64,000 nucleotides of DNA from Clostridium sp. CAG:793. Its GTDB lineage: Bacteria; Bacillota; Clostridia; TANB77; CAG-508. Below are positions 58,512 through 64,000 of this stretch, in pieces (position 1 is the first letter of the stretch; each line of letters starts with the position of its first letter). The notes beneath the pieces were generated by a model that did no database searches, was not told the origin of the DNA, and worked only from the letters and a program-made list of their open reading frames with translations. Location: assembly GCA_000433915.1 (NCBI GenBank), contig HF993646.1:133357-197356 (forward strand), read 5' to 3'. The position numbers and the translations under genes are program-made.

Positions 58512-58552
58512 AAAAAAGAACAATAGCTAAATAAATAGTTATTGTTCTTTTT
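58512..58552. terminator. bidirectional terminator (57188 ORF and uvrB converge here)
   Basis: AAAGAACAATA, a 14-nt loop, TATTGTTCTTT, with flanking A/T runs. Confidence 0.75.
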
Positions 58553-58555
58553 ATA

Positions 58556-60514
58556 TTATGCTTCACCTGTTAGTTGTTTTATTTGGTCACGTATTTCAGC
58601 TGCTTTTTCAAATTCAAGATTTTGCGCATATTTAAGCATTTCCTCTGTTAATCTGTTTACAGCATCTTCAACTGTTTCGCCTTTCTTAATATTTAGTTCC
58701 TCTTGATTGTCTGATACTTGATATGTCGCTTTTATTGTCTCTCTGATTGCTTTTTTTATTGTTGTTGGAGTAATATTATGTTCTGCATTATACTCTTGCT
58801 GGATTTTTCTTCTTCTGTTTGTTTCTGTAATAGCTTTGTCCATTGATTCAGTTAATTCATCAGCATACATTATAACTTTTCCATCTGTATTTCTTGCTGC
58901 ACGCCCTATTGTTTGTATTAATGATCTTTCTGAACGTAAAAATCCTTCTTTATCCGCATCTAATATTGCAACTAATGATACCTCTGGTATGTCCAATCCC
59001 TCTCTTAATAGGTTGATTCCTACTAAGACATCGAATTTGCCCATACGTAAATCTCTTATTATTTCCATTCTTTCTAATGCTTTTATATCAGAGTGCATAT
59101 ATCGTACTTTTATATCTAATCCTGTTAGATATTTTGTTAAATCTTCTGCCATCTTTTTAGTTAAAGTTGTTACTAAAATTCTTTCATTTCTTTCCGTTCT
59201 CTCACGAATCTGTTTTATTAAATCATCTACTTGATTTTCTACTGGTCTAACTTCGATTTTTGGATCAAGTAATCCTGTTGGTCTAATTATTTGTTCAACT
59301 ACTCTTTCTTTAGAATGTTCTTTTTCATAATCTCCAGGTGTAGCACTTACGAATACTACTTGATTTATTCTTTCCTCAAATTCTTCAAATTTTAAAGGTC
59401 TATTATCAAATGCTGATGGTAGTCTAAATCCGTAATTTACAAGTGTTTCTTTCCTTGCTCTATCTCCATTGTACATAGCTCTTACTTGTGGAATAGTTGC
59501 ATGTGATTCATCTATTAATAATAGGAAATCTTTTGGAAAATAATCGAATAATGTAAATGGTGCACTTCCTGGTTCTCTTCCGCTTATATGTCTTGAATAG
59601 TTCTCAATTCCTTGGCAAAATCCCGTTTCTTTCATCATTTCCAAGTCAAAATTTGTTCTTTCTTCTATTCTCTGAGCTTCTAGCAATTTTCCATTATCTT
59701 TGAAGTATTTTACTCTTTCTTTAAGCTCCTCTTGTATCGTAGTTATTGCTCTTTCCATTTTATCAGCGGTTGTTACATAATGTGAATTAGGGAATATCAT
59801 TACATGATTTCTACTTCCTTCAACCTTTCCTGTAAGAGCATTTATGCTATCTATCTTTTCTATTTCATCTCCCCAAAAGCTAACTCTCACAGCAGTTTCA
59901 CTTTCGTCAGATGGATAGATTTCAACTACATCTCCTTTTGCTCTAAAAGTTCCTCTCTTGAAATCAAGCTCATTTCGTGTGTATTGCAAACTTATTAACT
60001 TTTTTAAAAGCTCATTTCTGTCTTTTTGCATTCCTGGTCTTAATGATATAATCATATTTTCATAGTCAATTGGGTCTCCTAAACCGTATATACATGACAC
60101 AGATGCAACTACTATTACGTCTCTAGTTTCAAATAGTGATGCTGTCGCTGAATGTCTTAATTTATCAATCTCATCATTAATTGATGCATCTTTTTCTATA
60201 TATGTATCTGATGATGGAACATAGGCTTCCGGTTGGTAATAGTCGTAATAAGATACAAAGTATTCAACTCTATTCTCTGGGAAAAATTCTTTAAATTCTG
60301 AATATAGCTGTCCTGCTAATGTTTTGTTGTGTGCTAAAACAAGAGTTGGTCTTTGCGTTTTTTCTATTATATTTGCCATTGTAAATGTCTTACCAGAACC
60401 AGTAACACCTAAAAGTGTCTGAAACTTTTTTCCATCTTCAATTCCTTTACTCAAATATTCTATTGCCTGAGGTTGGTCGCCTGTTGGCTTATATTCTGAA
60501 TGTAATTTAAACAT
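58556..60514 (-). CDS. uvrB: excinuclease ABC subunit B
   Basis: 652 aa with helicase motifs ([12 protein letters not shown]) and a C-terminal UVR domain ([11 protein letters not shown]). Confidence 0.97.
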   Translation of the reverse strand: MFKLHSEYKPTGDQPQAIEYLSKGIEDGKKFQTLLGVTGSGKTFTMANIIEKTQRPTLVLAHNKTLAGQLYSEFKEFFPENRVEYFVSYYDYYQPEAYVPSSDTYIEKDASINDEIDKLRHSATASLFETRDVIVVASVSCIYGLGDPIDYENMIISLRPGMQKDRNELLKKLISLQYTRNELDFKRGTFRAKGDVVEIYPSDESETAVRVSFWGDEIEKIDSINALTGKVEGSRNHVMIFPNSHYVTTADKMERAITTIQEELKERVKYFKDNGKLLEAQRIEERTNFDLEMMKETGFCQGIENYSRHISGREPGSAPFTLFDYFPKDFLLLIDESHATIPQVRAMYNGDRARKETLVNYGFRLPSAFDNRPLKFEEFEERINQVVFVSATPGDYEKEHSKERVVEQIIRPTGLLDPKIEVRPVENQVDDLIKQIRERTERNERILVTTLTKKMAEDLTKYLTGLDIKVRYMHSDIKALERMEIIRDLRMGKFDVLVGINLLREGLDIPEVSLVAILDADKEGFLRSERSLIQTIGRAARNTDGKVIMYADELTESMDKAITETNRRRKIQQEYNAEHNITPTTIKKAIRETIKATYQVSDNQEELNIKKGETVEDAVNRLTEEMLKYAQNLEFEKAAEIRDQIKQLTGEA

Positions 60515-60537
60515 TTTTCCTCCCCTTTATGATATAT

Positions 60538-60753
60538 CTAAGATTTATTGTACTCAACACATTTCTCTTCTAATAATTTAAAATTACAACATCTTTTCCT
60601 TATATTTTCCGGTAATTTTCCATTAGTATATAATTGATATAGTTTGAGCGATTTACTTTTTATTTGTTTATAGTTTGCATTTAACCATTCTAGTTGTTCT
60701 CTTAATAATTTTTGGTACTTTAATTCTGCAATAGTCTGTATTAACTCTAACAA
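60538..60753 (-). CDS. doubtful 71-codon ORF upstream of uvrB
   Basis: The only start is a TTG without an SD, and there is no internal Met. It may be non-coding leader or a gene remnant. Confidence 0.25.
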   Translation of the reverse strand: MLELIQTIAELKYQKLLREQLEWLNANYKQIKSKSLKLYQLYTNGKLPENIRKRCCNFKLLEEKCVEYNKS

Positions 60754-60826
60754 TTTTTAAATTTATAATCAATATATTTTACCTTCATAATTTTTAATTA
60801 TATATTAAAGTTTATAAAAATACAAT

Positions 60827-60859
60827 AATATAAAAGGATTAGAGTATAATCTCTAATCC
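60827..60859 (-). terminator. intrinsic terminator downstream of the 36-nt repeat array
   Basis: GGATTAGAG, a 6-nt loop, CTCTAATCC (9 perfect bp), then UUUUAUAUU on the minus strand. Confidence 0.75.
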
Positions 60860-60873
60860 CAAACTTTTTCAAA

Positions 60874-60981
60874 TTCCAATTTAATGGCTGGAAACACCGC
60901 TTTTTTTAGTTCCAATTCAATGGCTGGATTCACCGCTTTTTTCAGTTCCAATTTAGTGGCTGGATTCACCAACTTTTTTGC
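60874..60981. repeat. 3 x 36-bp head-to-tail tandem repeat
   Basis: Units at 60874..60909, 60910..60945 and 60946..60981. Consensus TTCCAATTYAATGGCTGGAWWCACCGCTTTTTTNAG, with a few substitutions per unit. Confidence 0.95.
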
Positions 60982-61480
60982 TATTTCTAGCAATAATATT
61001 ATATGCTAATTATATAAATTTATTGCTTTCTGTATTATAATATAACATAATTTTGGGTAATAATCAATATTTTTTGAAAAATTTTAGTAAAAAAATGACA
61101 TTAGAAGTAGTAGAATAAAAGGGGATGTTTAAAAACACAAATACCTACTTCCAATGTCGATTATATTATAACAACTGATTATGAATTTTTTGTGAATGTT
61201 TTATATTTTTTGGTTGTTTTATATTGCTTTTCCATTTACATATAGTTTATATCCATGTCAGATTCTATATAACCACCATGAGTTGCATCTAGTTCTCTTG
61301 CTGATGCACTTCCTGTTGTGATAATTTTTGAATCACTTGATGTACTTGAAGAATCTTGTATTCCTTAATTATTGTTTGATGTTTGACTTGTATTCATATT
61401 TTTATATAATACTAATCCTCCTGCTAGTTTTCTTTATTTTTTCGTTTTTATTTTAATATTTAAACATTAAAATAAGCTTA

Positions 61481-61515
61481 AAAAAATAAAAAACTTGGTA
61501 TTATTTTTTACCAAG
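61481..61515 (-). terminator. intrinsic terminator of mutL
   Basis: CTTGGTA, a 9-nt loop, TACCAAG, overlapping the last mutL codons, then a long U-run on the minus strand. Confidence 0.75.
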
Positions 61516-63201
61516 TTTACCTTCTATAAATTCTTTTGATATTTTTATTGTTGTAGGTCTTCCATGTGGACATGTGTATGGGTTATTTAAAGTAAGTAAA
61601 TTTTGTATCAAACTATCAACTTCAGTTCGTGATAAATCCATATTTGCTTTTACTGCTGCTTTACATGCAACTGTTGCGATAAATCTTTCTTCAACATCTT
61701 TTATTGATGTTCTTCCATCTGAAATCATTTCATCTAATGTATCTAAAAATACATTTTTAGTTTTAGATTTATATTCCAAATCTGGAATTGAATTTACTTT
61801 TATTGTATTATCTCCAAATAATTCTACATCAAATCCTGTATTTTCAATTAAGTCCTTATTTTCTTCAACAAATTTGTACTCTCTATATGGTAATGTTATT
61901 ATATCTGGTACTAATAACATTTGACTATCATGCTTAATTTTGTTTTTGTAATGTTCTTTTATCTGTTCGTATAAAAGTCTTTCATGAGCGGCATGTTGAT
62001 CTATAAGATATAATTCATTTTTTATTTCTACAACTATATAAGTTTTGAACAAAATTCCTATATATCTGTATTCTACTTTTCTTTTTTCTTCTCTTCTAAT
62101 TAATGTACTTTCTTGATTTTTTTTAGTAAATCCCGCTTCATCTGTCAAAAATTCATATTCATTTTTTATATATTCATTATTTTCTTTTTCTTCTTCATGA
62201 TTTCCTAGAAATTCTGCTGTTAGCATCGCTTTTTTTATCGCATGATATATGATTCTACATATCATGCTTTCATCTTTAAATCTAACTTCTATTTTACTAG
62301 GATGTACATTCACATCATAAAAATTTGCAGGCATTTCAATTTCTAATACAAATAGTCCATATTTTCCTATACCAGTTGCGCCTTTGAATGCTTGATCAGC
62401 ACTTGATGTTAAGGCTGCATTTTTTATGTATCTATGGTTTAGAAAAAATATCTGGCTCTTTCTATTTTCTCGTGCAACCATTGTATTTCCTATTATTCCA
62501 GTTACATGAATGCCCTGCTCTTCATAATCAACTAGAACTAAATTTTCTTTTATTTCTTTGCCAAACATTTTGTAAATTACATCATTTATATTTCCATTGC
62601 CATTTGAATCAAATATTACTTTGTCATTATTAATTAATCTAAATGATATTTGAGGATTTGATAATGAAGCATTTTGTATCCATTCTTTTATGTATCGTGT
62701 TTCTGTTGCATCATTTTTTAAGAATTTATATCTAACAGGCACATTATAGAAAAGATTTTCTACGATTATTGTAGTTCCTGCCTGAGCTCCGCATTCTTCT
62801 ATCTCTTCAATATCTCCTGCCTGAACTACCATTTTATTTCCTAGCATGTCGTCTTGTTTTCTTGAAATCATTGTAAGTCTTGACACTGCTGCAATACTTG
62901 CCAAAGCTTCTCCTCTAAAACCCATCGTGTATGTATGATCAAGGTCTTCAACTTTTCTTATTTTACTCGTTGCATGTCTTTCTATTGATAGTTCCATATC
63001 ATCTTTGGCAATCCCTTTTCCATTGTCAGTTACTTTTATAAATGTTTTTCCACCATTTTTTATTTCAACTATTATTCGTGTTGCTTCTGCATCTATTGCA
63101 TTGTCTACAAGCTCTTTTACTGCATTTGCTGGTCTTTCTACAACTTCACCTGCTGCCATTTGGTTAATAGTTAAATCATCTAATAATACAATTTGTCCCA
63201 T
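61501..63201 (-). CDS. mutL: DNA mismatch repair protein MutL
   Basis: 566 aa with a GHKL ATPase N-terminus (AAGEVVERPANAVKELVDNAIDA, DNGKGI, GFRGEAL) and a C-terminal dimerisation domain. Confidence 0.95.
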   Translation of the reverse strand: MGQIVLLDDLTINQMAAGEVVERPANAVKELVDNAIDAEATRIIVEIKNGGKTFIKVTDNGKGIAKDDMELSIERHATSKIRKVEDLDHTYTMGFRGEALASIAAVSRLTMISRKQDDMLGNKMVVQAGDIEEIEECGAQAGTTIIVENLFYNVPVRYKFLKNDATETRYIKEWIQNASLSNPQISFRLINNDKVIFDSNGNGNINDVIYKMFGKEIKENLVLVDYEEQGIHVTGIIGNTMVARENRKSQIFFLNHRYIKNAALTSSADQAFKGATGIGKYGLFVLEIEMPANFYDVNVHPSKIEVRFKDESMICRIIYHAIKKAMLTAEFLGNHEEEKENNEYIKNEYEFLTDEAGFTKKNQESTLIRREEKRKVEYRYIGILFKTYIVVEIKNELYLIDQHAAHERLLYEQIKEHYKNKIKHDSQMLLVPDIITLPYREYKFVEENKDLIENTGFDVELFGDNTIKVNSIPDLEYKSKTKNVFLDTLDEMISDGRTSIKDVEERFIATVACKAAVKANMDLSRTEVDSLIQNLLTLNNPYTCPHGRPTTIKISKEFIEGKLGKK

Positions 63202-63282
63202 TTTTCTATCTTCTTTTTATTATTTTCAAATATATATTATCATAAAAAAAATGATTAAGCAAGCTTGATACTTGCTTAATTT

Positions 63283-64000
63283 CTATCTAAGTAGTCTAAA
63301 CCATTTTTGATAAATTTCCGAAATCATTGATATTACTCCATATTTTTCAATATCTTCATTAGCAATTAAATCTATTGTTGCAATATCACTATCTCCATTA
63401 TTAAATCTAACTTCACCTATCTTCTGCCCTTTATGTACTGGTGCATGTATGTTATTAAAAATCTCTATGTTTTGAGTAATCTCATTTGAGTTTGATTTAG
63501 ATAATATTACTCCATAATTTTCTTTTAAAATTGCATTTGTTTCCTTTTTTATTCCTTTTTCAACCTCTACTGTTCCAACGGTATCACCTTTTGTAGCTAA
63601 TTGTCTATACTGATAATTTGAAAATCCATAATCTAATAATTTCCTTGCTTCATTAAATCTTATCTTACTTGTTTCAGCTTTCATTATTACTGCTATAAGT
63701 GATAATCCATTTCTTGTTGCACTAGCTGATAAATTAAATAATGCAACCGATGTTGAACCTGTTTTTAGCCCTGTGCATCCTTCATAATTTCTAACTAGTT
63801 TATTTGTATTTACAAGTTGTGATTTTCCATCCCTTAAAGAGTCCATATATATTGTAGTGTAGTTTGTGATTGTTTGATGTTTTGTTAGCAGTTCTCTTGA
63901 CATTAAAGCAATATCATAAGGAGATGTTTCATGTCCGTCTTCATCTATTCCATGGCAGTTTTTAAATGTGGTATCATTCATCCCGAGTTCTTTAGCTTTT
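63283..64000 (-). CDS. D-alanyl-D-alanine carboxypeptidase (PBP5/DacB-DacF type), C-terminal part; the N-terminus lies beyond the right edge
   Basis: The frame stays open to the window end (...AKELGMNDTTFKNCHGIDEDGHETSPYDIALM). A KTGST-type box (LKTGSTSVA) and a PBP5 C-terminal domain are present. Confidence 0.8.
   Translation of the reverse strand, partial: KAKELGMNDTTFKNCHGIDEDGHETSPYDIALMSRELLTKHQTITNYTTIYMDSLRDGKSQLVNTNKLVRNYEGCTGLKTGSTSVALFNLSASATRNGLSLIAVIMKAETSKIRFNEARKLLDYGFSNYQYRQLATKGDTVGTVEVEKGIKKETNAILKENYGVILSKSNSNEITQNIEIFNNIHAPVHKGQKIGEVRFNNGDSDIATIDLIANEDIEKYGVISMISEIYQKWFRLLR

Larger units (their letters stand above)
60827..61032 (-). ncRNA. candidate sRNA of about 200 nt: 5' hairpin, three 36-nt modules, terminator
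   Basis: Minus-strand promoter TTGATT-17-TGtTATATT (61067..61039). Hairpin GCAATAA/TTATTGC (61026..60990), the repeat array, then a strong terminator. No convincing start codon or SD for the open frame that crosses the repeats. Confidence 0.3.

Noticed and set aside
60874-60981. Possible CRISPR array, because of the 36-bp direct repeats
   Set aside because: The three repeats are directly adjacent with no spacers. No cas genes or leader are present in the window. It is treated as a tandem repeat and candidate sRNA instead.
61236-61397. Minus-strand small ORF MNTSQTSNNN*GIQDSSSTSSDSKIITTGSASARELDATHGGYIESDMDINYM* downstream of an AGGAGGA
   Set aside because: The SD-like element is about 18 nt from the ATG, and an in-frame TAA interrupts the reading frame after codon 10. 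At best it is a dead small gene, with no support for read-through.

Overview
AT-rich chromosomal segment from a spore-forming, Clostridia-class Firmicute. Supporting evidence: a type-A RNase P RNA, yabP-yabQ-divIC, and a YtvI-like gene. Most of the window is housekeeping: der-plsY-gpsA, tex, rnpB, pta plus two tandem ackA copies, rho, prfB, murT-gatD, secA, murD, cmk-like, uvrA, uvrB, mutL and a partial D-Ala-D-Ala carboxypeptidase. No rRNA, tRNA or CRISPR array was seen.

Observations worth follow-up, most interesting first:
1. 26.5-29.9 kb: a diaminobutyrate-type transaminase is translationally coupled to MurT and a GatD homologue. In the GatD homologue the glutaminase Cys and His positions read Thr.
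2. 43.9-47.8 kb: an orphan 1044-aa cytoplasmic protein is paired with a degenerate ProA-like pseudoenzyme, directly upstream of secA.
3. 60.8-61.1 kb: a promoter-to-terminator unit contains three tandem 36-nt modules, a candidate sRNA.
4. 38.3-40.9 kb: a decaying integrated element sits just downstream of secA. It has a truncated integrase, six TGTCCAC motifs in a 3+3 inverted arrangement, and a ROK-like gene broken by a 95-bp tandem duplication.
5. 20.5-21.6 kb: a 1.15-kb ORF-free spacer after rho carries face-to-face promoters, a 29-codon hydrophobic ORF and two inverted C-rich motifs.

All calls come from reading the sequence and by-eye motif or family recognition. No database search or computation was run.
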